From contig NC_042999.1 in the NCBI RefSeq assembly GCF_006345805.1, positions 86,986,001 through 87,050,000 of the forward strand: 64,000 nucleotides of DNA, written 5' to 3'. The notes beneath the pieces are model-generated. The model searched no databases, was not told where the DNA came from, and was given only the letters and a program-made list of their open reading frames with translations. A program made the translations under genes and the position numbers. Shown piece by piece: positions 1 through 12,514 of this stretch. The first letter of the stretch is position 1. Each line of letters opens with the position of its first letter. This stretch comes from Octopus sinensis. Lineage: Eukaryota.

Positions 1-1210
1 TAGGATGCATCACCCAAAATCTGACATAGAAAGACTATATATACAACGTATAGAAGGTGGTAGAGGCCTTATACAGCTGGAAAACTACTATAAAATAACC
101 ACCATAGGACTGCAAAAATATCTACTTCAGAAGGAAGGAAAACTGATCCAGATAGCGGCAAAACACGAGCAAAACAAAAACTGTTCTCAGTATTTAAGGA
201 AGCTGACAAATACAAACAAGAAATCATACCACCTAATAAACATGAAGAAGAAGAAGAAGATGATGAAGAAACAACAAAAGCTATAAAACAAATGAAATCC
301 AAACTAAAAATAGAACAGCAACGAACCATGATAAAACGATGGCAAGAAAAGCCCCTTCATGGTAAATACTGCACTAAACTAAACGCAAAAGAAATAGACA
401 AAGAAAAATCCCAGCAATGGTTGAGAAGCTCAGGACTCAAAGCAGAAACAGAGGGATTTTTAATTGCAGCACAAGACCAAAGCCTCCCCACCAGAAATTA
501 CCAAAAACATGTAATGAAAAGAAATATTACAAGTAACTGCAGAATATGTGGAGATGGACAAGAAACAATAAATCATATTATCTCTAGCTGCCCAGTCCTG
601 GCTAAGAAGGAATATATTCACAGACATGACAGAGTTGGAACTTACATACATTGGAAGCTATGCCAACATTATGGAATAACAACAGAAAAAAGATGGTATA
701 GGCACACACCAGAAAAGGTCACAGAAAACGAGAAAGCAACCATACTCTGGGATATGCCGATACACACAGATAGAGAAATTAAGGCCAACAGACCAGATAT
801 AGTTGTCAGAGACCATGAAGAAAAAAAATGCTTTCTAATTGATGTATCAGTACCGGCAGATGACAACGTGTCTCTAAAAGAAATGGAGAAACTCTCAAAA
901 TACAAAGACCTGGAAATAGAGGTAACTAGAATGTGGAATCTGAAAACAGAAACAATTCCTATCATAGTAGGTGCATTAGGCATGATAAAAAAATATTCAG
1001 ACAAATACATAACAAAAACACCAGGACTTACAAACACATATAACATACAGAAAATTGCACTACTAGGCACTGCACACATCCTACGCAGAACACTTTCCAT
1101 ACAATAACCATCAGAGCATCACAACAAATCACAGCACATACCCAAGGCACACAGAGCTGCGCTCGGTAGTGAAGTGAAAGCACGCTATAAAAATAAAAAT
1201 AAAACTACTG
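1..1210 (+). mobile_element. 3' part of a Dong/R4-like non-LTR retrotransposon (restriction-like endonuclease clade); 5' end lies outside the window
   Basis: ORF 292-1107 has a CCHC knuckle (CRICGDGQETINHIISSC) and an RLE motif (RPDIVV..LIDVSVP..KLSKYKDL). ORF 5-286 (DIERLYIQRIEGGRGL) joins it through one frameshift in the A-run near 170-180. A short 3' UTR runs into (AAT)n. Confidence 0.9.
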
Positions 1211-1247
1211 AATAATAATAATAATAATATTTAATAATAATAATAAC

Positions 1248-1329
<82 letters not shown>

Positions 1330-1376
1330 TTTAATAATAATAATAACTATAATAATAATAATAATAATAATAATAA
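1210..1376. repeat. (AAT)n microsatellite with a 100-bp higher-order duplication
   Basis: The interrupted block ataataatatttaataataataataactat recurs at 1221 and 1321. Confidence 0.95.
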
Positions 1377-1862
1377 TGCAGAGTGAAACTGATTTTTCTT
1401 TACGTGACGATCGTTTCCATGGTTGTTTATTATTTATACTTCACGTATGCAAAGACTGTGTGAAATATCCGTTTCATGTCATCAAACGTGTTTTGAATTA
1501 TCGGGTTACAACCAATCTACGAGAAATATATCCCAGCAACATAAGAAAAATAGGTGTGTCGACATACTGATCAAATGTAAAAGGCTAGATTTAATATTCA
1601 GCCAATCATCGCACTTATCCACTTAGGCATTTATAAATGACATTTAAAATCATAAATTAAGTTATCATATTGTTGTCATAGCAGTTCTCAGAGAATAGAT
1701 AAACAAACCAGTTAGGCGTTATAAAGACATCAGCGTAGACAAGCGACTAAAAAGGAAACATCCATAACAAGATAACATTAAAGAAATCAAGGCAAAACGC
1801 AACAAACATTAAAATATATGTATACGTATACATACACACGCACACACATATACACACACATA

Positions 1863-2080
<218 letters not shown>

Positions 2081-2159
2081 ACATATCCATTTACCTACTT
2101 ATATATATATGTGTGTGTGTGTGTGTGGTGTGTGTATACGTCTACCTACATAAAAACCT

Positions 2160-3060
2160 GCTAACAAATATACCTGTGTATGTATAAACTGTGGGTATTG
2201 GGTATCACTATTTTCTACGTATGTCTCCTATTTAGTACTGGGGATGTTTCATTTATGAGGACGTACTCATGTAAATTTCTGAGTACTGGGTCCTTCGGGT
2301 GCTTGGATAAAATGCGGATGTTAAGTCGACCCAGTGTGCCTACATGTTGGTCTTTGGTATGCTGGTAGAATATGGAGGACTGTTTTTGTTGTCATATTGT
2401 CTCAAATGTTCATTTAGTCTCTTCGCAATGCTTCTAGATGTTTCACCTATGTATATCATGTTCTTGTCTTTACAAGAACCCTCTATGTACCTTATGCTGC
2501 AGACTACATTTCTAGTTCTGTAGTTAATGCCAGGGTTAATCTTACATACCATGCAGTTATCATTGGTGCATTTGGTATTCTCAAAGGGGTACGTTTTACA
2601 TAGTTGTGATCTGATGGAGCGCCTTGGCTTTTCAACGATTTTAATGTTGAGTTTGGCCTCCTTCCGAACTTTCTAATCTTCTACGAAACTCAAATAAGCC
2701 TGATATTTGGACACTGTTCATATATTCGGGACAGTACTGCTGCTGCTACAAACAGATACAAAACGAAACCATTTGAGTGATCGTCCAATGCATATAACCA
2801 CTGGATTGCAGACATACTGATTCTTCAACCTCTTCTACACCGGCCTATGCCTCTCTAAATTAACTAGTATCTCACCCACGATCCATACGCTTCTCTTACA
2901 TCATTATTACAATTCTGCTTTAATGCTTCGTACCAAAACTGCAACTGAAATTTTCTTCATCTCACCCATATATTTCTCTTTATAAACTTCCACCTCCATA
3001 TATTGAAGATGAACCTCACCTCCCTCCTTCTCTTCCCACTCCATTTCCTCTAACTGTCTT
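2160..3060 (-). mobile_element. Penelope-like element remnant (GIY-YIG endonuclease plus probable upstream linker), disrupted
   Basis: ORF 2340-2552 contains NVVCSIRY..C..YIGETSRSIAKRLNEH. A shifted frame continues LNIRILSKHPKDPVLRNLHEYVLINETSPVLN, typical of the PLE endonuclease C-terminus. Confidence 0.8.
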
Positions 3061-3201
3061 ATAAAAATTTCCAATCAATAATGTGGATTATTCAACTCAT
3101 GTAGTCTGTTGGGTCAAATGGAAAATAATTTTGTGATAATAACATCTATACTTAACGAACTTTTAAATAAAATTTATTTTTGTAATATAATCTACTTACA
3201 G

Positions 3202-3327
3202 CAACACAAGAAGCAAGTTTTGTCCAGAGTATTCTAGCTGCCGGTATCATGCACACTCTGACTCGAAGATGTAGTTTAGGACATTTTAGTGACTGTGGCT
3301 GTGATGACTCTAAAAAAGGAAAGCGAG
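3202..3327 (+). CDS. wnt8: Wnt8 internal coding exon (126 nt, phase 1 to 1)
   Basis: tacAG acceptor and GAG|GTAATT donor. Encodes ATQEASFVQSILAAGIMHTLTRRCSLGHFSDCGCDDSKKGKR, matching the Wnt8 segment ATRETSFIHAI..CS.G.F..CGCD. Confidence 0.93.
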
Positions 3328-4501
3328 GTAATTAAAGAAATCCTTTTAAATTGCTTTGTTTAATGAATTCGAATGTAGAAATATAAACAGTTACACGGCG
3401 TCAATTTATGTTAATTTGTTCTCTAATCGTTCGGATGGAGGCTTGTATTTCAGATCCTTTAATGAGATTCCGTCAAACTTTGAGTTTTATGTCAAAGAGC
3501 AGGCAAGAAAAAGTGTACAAACATGAATCAACTATGGCTGATTATTGCTCTATATTTTCAACACAACTAATACTATTCTGTCCTTTAAAGTAGTCATGGA
3601 CAACCCGCGCGCTGTGGGACTTTATGGCAATCCTAACGTAAAATTACATTGAATGTTTTTATAGTAAAATGGCTGCCTAATGTTGAATCAAGTCTCATGC
3701 AGCACGCTTCTCAGAAAAAGGTTTCCCAAGCTTACTTTAATGTCTCAACTTCTCCCAGCGAACTGACTGAACCGTTAGAACGTCGGACAGTATGCCTCGC
3801 AGTATTTATTCCACCTTACTGCGCTCTGAGTTCAAATCCCACCGTGGTCAATTAAGCCATGGTACGATGAAAAATGTACCAATCCAGTCTGGTGGATTGA
3901 CAGAATTTTTAAGAACGTTGGACTGAATGCCTTGCAAGTATTTGTTTTGGCTCTTTGCGCTCTGAGTTCAAATCCTGCCATGACACACTTGGTTGATAGA
4001 TTTAATACATCATTTGTTTAAAACTAATACCTAGAACCTTAAATAAATTTAGCAGAGTCTACTCTGCCGCAAGAATTTAATCCAAAAATTCAGTTTTAGG
4101 AGACTGAATTTCCTCCAAAATTAGAAAATTAAAAAAGAACTAAAACCTATACTGTAAATTAGGTTGGAGTTGAAATATCTGATTTATATTTTACTTTATT
4201 AAACTTAATGCTTTAATTTCTGTTTTGAAAAATAATTGTTTAAATGGTAGTTAAATATAAAGCAATACTAACTATTAGAATATAATTACAAAACAAATAA
4301 ATAAAATATGAAGCAAATGAGAAATGAGAATTATTAACCGTTAAATTCTGTGAAATTCCTTTATTTTAACTGCTGTTGTTGTTGGTGTTGGTGGTGGATG
4401 GCTATCGTTGAAAGCATATCTCAATGAATCTATGAATACGATATAAATAAATAACTGTTTGTATTGCACAGAAAAAGAAACTTTGTTTTATTTTGTTTTA
4501 G

Positions 4502-4644
4502 GTGGTCATAACTGGCTGTGGAGTGGCTGTAGCGATGATGTCCGGTTCAGTGCTAGAGTCTCGAAACAATTGATTGATTCTCTGGAGAAAGGAAAAGATG
4601 CTTTAGCCTCCATGAAGCTTCACAACAACGAAGTCGGTCGTATG
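4502..4644 (+). CDS. wnt8: Wnt8 internal coding exon (143 nt, phase 1 to 0) ending at a GC donor
   Basis: ttttAG acceptor. Encodes GGHNWLWSGCSDDVRFSARVSKQLIDSLEKGKDALASMKLHNNEVGRM; DSLEKGKDA is Wnt8-diagnostic. Only ATG|GCAAGT keeps frame with the next exon. Confidence 0.92.
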
Positions 4645-4844
4645 GCAAGTATTGTAGATTGCAGCATTAAAATCGAAAAACAACTTTAATGAACATAAAT
4701 AATAAATTCCATTAGCTAAATATTAAAATCGTTCTATTTGATTTAAATTTTTAAAAATTAAATTATAATTTGGGTAGTGAATTAGATCCGTTTTTCAAAA
4801 ATTCTTAGTAATATATATAAAAAAAATGAACTTCCGTCGTAATC

Positions 4845-5185
4845 ATCATCATGTGTGTATGTCATTATTCAGTTTTATTTCTAGATTTCTTGCCAATAGA
4901 GAAAGAGCCGCTTTCTAAGTTAGATCCAAGGCTCCTTCATTGGAATTTCAATATCAACAACAGGGTATTTTTTTATGTATGATGTATGTATGTATTAAGT
5001 ATGTATATGTACAAATTTGTGTGCTTTGCTTTATGTATGTCTTCTCATGCATATATTTGCATATCTATACATGCTTATATATACTTAAATGATAAACTTC
5101 TGGAAAATTTTACTGATTTTTACAGTTCCAGTGATGGTTTGGATCTGTAATCTTCGAATCAACTTTCTCCTTTCTGGTTTTGAGA
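4845..5185 (-). mobile_element. 3' end of an RLE-type LINE family in a Wnt8 intron (same family as 12515-12900)
   Basis: The reverse complement of ~5060-5185 matches 12765-12900 (agaaaggagaaag..catcactggaactgtaaaaatc..agtttatcatttaa). Confidence 0.75.
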
Positions 5186-5242
5186 AACTTAATTTCGGGC
5201 TTCGTGCCTAGAGTAGAAAAGATTATTATCATTATTATTACT

Positions 5243-5460
5243 GGCGAGCTGGCAGAATCGTTAGCACGTTGGATGAAATGTTTGGCGGTATTTCGCCCAT
5301 CGCTATGTTCTGAGTTCAAATTCCGCCGAGGTCGACTTTGCCTTTCATCCTTTCGGGGTTGATATATTAAGTACTAGTTGCGTATTGGGGTCGATGTAAT
5401 CGACTAGTCCCGTCCTCACAAATTTCAGATCTTGTGCCTTCAGTAGAAAGAATTATTATT
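5243..5460 (+). mobile_element. tRNA-derived SINE, family B
   Basis: A-box-like ggcagaatcgttag and B-box-like gagttcaaattcc, body gaggtcgactttgcctttcatcc..ggggtcgat, (att)n tail. Further copies at ~8820-8965 and two at ~35760-36065; fragments at ~3820-3990. Confidence 0.85.
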
Positions 5461-5541
5461 GTTGTTTTTGTTGTTGTTGTTGTTTTTGTTGTTGTAATTA
5501 CAGTTCTATGACAGTTTATTCATTGTTCTACTTATTTTCAG

Positions 5542-6039
5542 GCTGTACGAAAAACAATGAAGACCATTTGTAAATGTCACGGCGTGTCTGGAAGTTGCAC
5601 CACGAAAACTTGTTGGCGCCAACTGGCAAACTTTCGGCGAGTGGGCTACTATTTGAAAAAGCGTTACTTTAAGAGTTTACATGTAAACTTTCAGGAAGGC
5701 AAACTCGGTGAATGGAATGTGGCAAGCGGTCAAGGATTGTCGTTAGTATCTAAAACTGACTTAGTATATCTAGAAAAATCTCCCGATTATTGCAAGCAAA
5801 ATGTATCACTCGCTATAAAAGGTACACTTAACAGAGAGTGTAAACGACCAAACAAATCAGAAAAAATATCCAAATGGGAAAGAAGGAGCTGTCAACGGCT
5901 CTGTTTAAGTTGTGGTTATCGAATAAAGCATTGGACTGAAGAGGTTCTAGTTAGCTGTCATTGTAAATTTCTCTGGTGCTGCGCTGTGAAGTGTAGAAAA
6001 TGCTTAGAGAAAACGGACAAATACTCATGCCGAAAATGA
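5542..6039 (+). CDS. wnt8: Wnt8 terminal coding exon
   Basis: ttttcAG acceptor. Encodes AVRKTMKTICKCHGVSGSCTTKTCW (palmitoleoylation-site motif), the YLEKSPDYC motif and the C-terminal Cys cluster CHCKFLWCCAVKCRKC, ending at TGA 6037-6039. Confidence 0.95.
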   Translation, partial: AVRKTMKTICKCHGVSGSCTTKTCWRQLANFRRVGYYLKKRYFKSLHVNFQEGKLGEWNVASGQGLSLVSKTDLVYLEKSPDYCKQNVSLAIKGTLNRECKRPNKSEKISKWERRSCQRLCLSCGYRIKHWTEEVLVSCHCKFLWCCAVKCRKCLEKTDKYSCRK

Positions 6040-6045
6040 ACCAAT

Positions 6046-6049
<4 letters not shown>

Positions 6050-6121
<72 letters not shown>

Positions 6122-6228
6122 CCTCCCTCCCTCTCCATATATATATATGCGCATACATAAATACACGTACATGCATATAAGTACACATATATGCGTGTGT
6201 ATATATATGTGTGTGTATGTATGTGTGC

Positions 6229-6271
<43 letters not shown>

Positions 6272-6365
6272 TGCATGTATACACATGTGTGCGTGTATGT
6301 ATGTATACACATACACATACATACACGCACGCACGCACACACACACACACACACATATATATATA
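6050..6365. repeat. Compound microsatellite (CT)n/(TA)n/(CA)n starting ~12 nt after the Wnt8 stop
   Basis: Direct reading; it explains the low-complexity ORFs in the track. Confidence 0.95.
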
Positions 6366-7929
6366 ATACGCCCATATACACACATCATACTCACACGTAT
6401 ACAAATACACAGATGCACTGTTTCTCCGTAACAACCATTATTTTTTAAACTCTCCTCCATTTATTCTCCAGTATAAACCCTGCCTGTCCTATGAATCTTT
6501 CTCATCTCCACGTTTTGTTTTTTTTTCTGTTTTTAACCTCACCATTTTAAACCACTTAGAATCTGTATACTGACGTGTTTTCCTTGGACACTTGAGGAAT
6601 AAAAATCGATAGTACAATTCCATATATTAGTCATATCGATTGAATATTCGAATTTTGTGAGTATGATATACAGGAAAACAATGAGAATTCTTTTCATATA
6701 TGGAGATATTTTCTGGAAGAAAATACCTGGAATTGGACCGTTTCTTAGTTTCCAAAAATGAGATGCTTTAGAAACTCCTGCTACAATTACATAGTAATAT
6801 GTTTTAAGTAAACATGTCTGTGTTGTTTTTCCTTGAATTATATATGGCATTATCAAGATAATTTTGGAGCTCCCAATTGCATCTTTAGAGTATATTTATA
6901 ACATTTACTTTTACACCGCGTTTTTTGAGTGTGTCAATATCCGGTCATTAACTGGTATCTTTTTCCTAAATATGTATATTATCCCAGTTGTCTTCTCACT
7001 GACAAGTATCAGCCTCGCACCCGTCAAAATATTAAGAGAAAGTTTTTTTTTTTGTTTTTTTTTTGTTGTTTTTTTTTGTGGGCCCACCCTTTCGTTATTG
7101 ATGAAATGACAAAAATCGATTTTGCTCCATATAATTATTATTTCTTCAAGAAGGTGTTTGACAAGTTTAAAAAGTTAGAAACCACCTAAATTCTATTAAA
7201 CATAGTAATTTCTCCACCCCTTTCCAGTTTCCACAGCCCCTATGACCACTACTACCACCAAGGTGTCTGAGAAATATCGCATTATCACCATTATACGAAG
7301 TAGGCTTCTTTATTTTTAAGCAAAGGTTAGTGACAACTTATCCACTAAGCTCCCTGATCAACCTGAAACAATACATTTATTCAGGGATAAGACACTTGAT
7401 GATTACCAGAGGCCGAGGCAATCGAAACTGGTGTAAAAGGTATGTTAAATATAAACCTATTAAAGATGAGATTGAGAGTCTGAAAAATGATCGTCTTAAC
7501 AAAAGTTTATCTCAGAACTTTAGACATTTAATCAATATGTAACACAATCTTTAATTTTGAAATATTTATTCCAGATGGCGATTATTTCTTTTTTTCAAAC
7601 AGGTATACAATGTGGAAACAATATGTTTTCTTTTTCCTACCTTGATAATGATATTAAACAGGATGTGTTATCGTTTGGCAGAGATAGTTTATGTGTACTC
7701 ATTATATATGTTTGTAACTTCAGTTTGCATGTTATAACTATAAACTTCTGTTGCGATCCTGGTTTAGCATGATGTTAAAAAAACAGTGTTGCTTTTTTCT
7801 TTTCTATTTTTCAGCACTTCATCTCACACAGTCGTGTTTACATATCTATTTATCTAAAGTTTTTACCTTTCTCTCAAGATTTTTATTTCTTCTTGCAACA
7901 TACGACACACTAATTTTTTTTTCCGCATT

Positions 7930-8416
7930 TTTCAAGCCTAGCCAGGCTCATGGGCCGGCAGCGTTACTCAAGAAACAGGAAGAGAGAGCGAGAGAAAGTT
8001 GTGGCGAAAGAGTACAACAGGGGTCGCCACCGCTCCTACCGGAGCCTCGTGGAGCTTTTAGGTGTTTTCGCTCAATAAACACACACAACGCCCGGTCTGG
8101 GAATCGAAACTGCGATCCTCCGAGCGCGAGACCGTTGCCCTAATAATCACTGGGCCATTACGCCTCCACTGCGCCCTTTTAAAGCCTAGCCAGGCTCATG
8201 GTCCCGATTTCCCGGTTTCAATGGCGTATGTGCTCTCCAGCTGGATGGGACGCCAGTCCATCGCAGCGTTACTCATTTTTGCCAGCTGAGTGGACTGGAG
8301 CAACGTGAAACGAAGTATTTTGCTCAAGAACACAACGCGTCGCCCGGTCCAGGAATCGAAACCACAATCTTACGATCATGATGCTGACACCCTAACCAAT
8401 AAGCCACGCGCCTCCA
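7930..8416 (-). mobile_element. Two tandem tRNA-derived SINEs, family A (one chimeric)
   Basis: The minus strand of 8416-8176 begins ggaggcgcgtggctt..ggttagggtgtcagc..gtttcgattcc followed by the core ttgtgttcttgagcaaaa..ttgctccagtccactcagctg. Both copies end in aagcctagccaggctcatgg. Other copies at ~22245-22593 (-) and ~34240-34470 (+). Confidence 0.85.
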
Positions 8417-9055
8417 CGACACACTAATTACTAAAGATAATATTGCTTCATATTTTTCTGCGCAAAAGTTTACGTTCCATTATCATCTAAGCTAACGGCT
8501 GTTATTTTGCTGCTGATGTTCTATTGAGTGAATTGCCAAGATACTTAACCGATATAACCCAGTTAGTTACTTAACTGTTAATACTGTTACTTAATTGTAA
8601 ATAGGTGCCACGAATATAAAATTTATGTAATTTCTAGATTTCAATACTGCTAATGTTGTTTAGAGAAGGATAGACCACGTCAAGGTGACTTACTTTTAGT
8701 ACACTTCATGAAGACGATATCTTCATTAGTATTCTGAACATCGATGGTTCACTAACATATTTGAGTAATAAATACTCCGCATACAGACACAGGCCATAAG
8801 TTTCGGCATGTCTGTCTTTACGTTCTGAGTTCAAATTCCGCCGAGGTCGACTTTGCCTTTCATTTTTTCGGGGTCGATAACTTAAGTACCAGTTGCGTAC
8901 TGGGGTCGATCTAATCGACTTGCCACCTCCCCAAAAATTTCGGGCTTTGTACCTAGACTAGAAAAAAAAAAATTTCGTCATAGCTGTGTTCGACAAGAAA
9001 TTATCTGAGTTAACACAACAGTTATCAATATTTATATCACATAATACATGAAATA

Positions 9056-9214
9056 CGAAGGGGTGCTGAAAAGTTTCTGGCTTTGGGTAAAAGAAAATAC
9101 AGAAGGATCAGTTAATTATGATTTTGTTCAACATATTCCCCTCTCAGATTCATACACTTATTGCAACGGTCGTTCAGTTTTCCTAAGTCCAAGGAACTTT
9201 TCAACACTCCCTCG
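9056..9214. mobile_element. Mariner-type MITE
   Basis: TA|cgaaggggtgctgaaaagtt ... aacttttcaacactccctcg|ca imperfect TIRs, resembling the TIRs of the mariner at 19512-20926. Confidence 0.75.
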
Positions 9215-9217
9215 CAT

Positions 9218-9251
<34 letters not shown>

Positions 9252-9445
9252 CTTTTATATACTCTTGCTACGCAATCCTTAAATTAATATCTCACTGGTA
9301 CGTAATATCTTACTGAACTTCTTCTCCTTCTCCCTCCTCCTCCTTCTTCTTCTTCTTCTTCTCCTCCTCTTCCTCCTTATGCCGCCGTCACTATAACCAC
9401 CACCACTACCACTACTCCCGCCACTACTACTACTACTACTACTAC

Positions 9446-9497
<52 letters not shown>

Positions 9498-9530
9498 AAT
9501 AATAATAATGATAATAATAATAATGATAAG

Positions 9531-9990
9531 ATGGGCTACAGCAAATATTCTGCTCAATACCACAGATTTGCTTGTCAGTTGTTTGACCTTAACCAGTTGA
9601 GCATGTCCCTTAGTGGCTGACGATATGTGCATCTCTGATCACGAGCAAAAGTAGTGGGGGAGCATCATAGCCATGTGTTGAGAAGGATTCTTTGGGGTTT
9701 GAATAATTCACCTCTGGAAACATGGGTGTTTCGTTCACCGTCCTTAAACAACCCTTATTCAGGGACCTTTTGAGCGGGATGGGTTACTCGATCTGAAGAA
9801 AATTCTAATTGGGCTCCACCTGCAAGGTCATGTGCTGTTTATCTTGATATGAGATCACCATGTCGCACACATATGGTTGTGATGCATGTGCCTGGTGTAC
9901 CCTTATCAGACGAGTAGTCATGATGGGTATACTGGGCTTCGTATATTTTACCCCAGTGTCACTTTGATGGCATGCTCTGCTCGCTCACTC
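9531..9990. mobile_element. ~460-bp non-coding interspersed element embedded in (AAT)n
   Basis: (AAT)n arrays on both sides (~9447-9530 and 9991-10040). Its first ~190 bp recur inside the elements at 39095-39515 and 51515-51945. Confidence 0.75.
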
Positions 9991-10041
<51 letters not shown>

Positions 10042-10257
10042 CACAACAAATAAGTAAATAAGTAAGTAAAGTAAGTAACTAACTGATTAATTAAACTAAC
10101 GAATAAACAAGGGATAGTGCTTTTGAGATGGGTACACTGTTTCTTATAGGTTTTAACTCAGAACTAGATCAGGGAAACAAATATATATTTATATATATAT
10201 ATATATATACACGCACGCACACACACACACACACCACACACACACACACACACACAC

Positions 10258-10335
<78 letters not shown>

Positions 10336-11261
10336 ACTTATAAACAAGGGCAAAAGAAAAAATTCTAATGCCAAATATGCCGAAAATAGACAAATCGTCA
10401 ATAACCATATAATTTATAACTATAAGCATGCGTCTCGAAGTAAGCTGACAGAAATTTCTAAAAAATTCCGTTATTATCGTATCGGTCCCAATTTCAGAGT
10501 TAATTCATAAGAATTTTCTTCTCGTCAGCGATAAATACGGCAAGAAATAAATGAAATACTTACCTGCTATTAAGTTAGACGTGGCCTGGACGAATCTTTG
10601 GTCGAAACATATCTAAGTTTATTTAAGTTTATACCCATGGAAGAAGCAAACACTAAGTCATGAGCACACTTAAGTACCCCAAATATATCCAAAATAGAAA
10701 TTCTCCAGCACACCTCGAGAGACGTGCGATCGGACTGAAAACTCTCATAGAGTGAGAGAGTCCGGAAGTGAACACTATTAAATTTACATCTAATATAGGA
10801 TAAAATTTTTCGAAAAAAAATTCTAGCGATCTATCATGGCGTATTATAGTCATGCTATTCAGCTCTCTTTAGTTTTGAGCCGTAGGCCTAATTACCCCTC
10901 CGCAGGAGCTGGCATAAAAGTCTGCACAGAGTGCAGCTTTTAAGCTAGTTTAAAATAAAACACCTGCATACATACAATTGATAGCCAGAATACGCAGATC
11001 TGCTTCATGAGGACACAGCCTGGATTGTAATCCCTTCAACATACTTCTATGCAAACATACATACATACATACATACATACATACATACACACACCACATA
11101 CATACATACATACATACATACATACATACATACATACATACATACATTTGTGTATCTCTGAATGTCTGCATTTTTGAAATTAACATGTAAGAACAGTAAT
11201 ATCGATTACTATTCTAAAGAAACATATATACTTATGGCTGATCGGAAATCACCACCACCAC

Positions 11262-11293
<32 letters not shown>

Positions 11294-11806
11294 CCACTTT
11301 TGTTGATATTGTTGTGTTTGTTATTGTCCTCCTCCTCCTCATTATTATTTTTTAAATTAATATTATTAGCCTTCATTAATTAATTGATGAATATATTAAA
11401 ATCTATGGATAATCGTTCATTCAAATAAACCTCATTTAAAAATGAAATAGGATATTCTATCATTCTTTCGTTGATTTAAGTCATTAGACGGCGGCCATGC
11501 TGGTGCACTACGTTGAAGGGTTTTAGTTAATAATATCGGCCTCTGGACTTATTTAAGCCTAACATTTATTTTAGCACTATATTTTTAAAAAATACTAAGT
11601 TGCATTTAAGAAAGGACGCAGGATTTTACATAAGCACAACACACACACACACGCGCACACACACACATACATACACACACAGAGGCAGACGCACGCACAC
11701 ACATACACACACACACAGGTAGATACACTTATACGTATATATACACACATACATATGCATATATATGTACAGACACATATATACATATCTCTCTCTCTCT
11801 CTATAT

Positions 11807-11896
<90 letters not shown>

Positions 11897-11920
11897 TATA
11901 TGTACGTGGTTATAAGTATA

Positions 11921-12325
11921 AGGCGCAGGAGTGGCTGTGTGGTAAGTAGCTTGCTAACCAACCACACGGTTGCGGGTTCAGTCTCACTGCGTGGCATCTT
12001 GGGCAAGTGTCTTCTGCTATAGCCCCGGGCCGACCAATGCCTTGTGAGTGGATTTGGTAGACGGAAACTGAAAGAAGCCTGTCGTATATATGTATATATA
12101 TGTATATGTGTGTGTGTTTGTGTGTCTGTGTTTGTCCCCCTAGCATTGCTTGACAGCCGATGCTGGTGTGTTTACGTCCCCGTCACTTAGCGGTTCGGCA
12201 AAAGAGACCGATTGAATAAGTACTGGGCTTACAAAGAATAAGTCCCGGGGTCGATTTGCTCGACTAAAGGTGGTGCTCCAGCATGGCCGCAGTCAAATGA
12301 CTGAAACAAGTATAAGAGTAAAAGA
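11921..12325 (+). mobile_element. Full-length tRNA-derived SINE, family C
   Basis: Head ggcgcaggagtggctgtgtggtaag..gggttcagtctcactg, internal (TA/TG)n, tail ggtgctccagcatggccgcagtcaaatgactgaaacaag. Minus copies at ~16562-17017 and ~34920-35100; fragments at ~11470-11580 and ~48500-48610. Confidence 0.88.
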
Positions 12326-12514
12326 GTATATAAAAAATATCAGTATATTATATAGGTATCTGTGAGTGTGTGTACGTGCGTGCATGCGCGCGCGCGCGTG
12401 TGTGTGTATACATACATATATATAAATATATATAAAGTTAATCCAAACATGAAAACACAACAACGCGAGGACGTGGAACAAATATAGTATAAATATATAT
12501 ATACCTATCTCAAT

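Noticed and set aside
7388-7436. acac TTGATGA..GGCAATC GAAAC TG gtgt hammerhead-like hairpin
   Set aside because: The core is C3U, there is no valid NUH cleavage triplet and the helix II register is inconsistent; at best a decayed remnant.
5243-12000. tRNA-like A/B boxes as possible tRNA genes
   Set aside because: They continue into multi-copy SINE bodies and lack a full cloverleaf.
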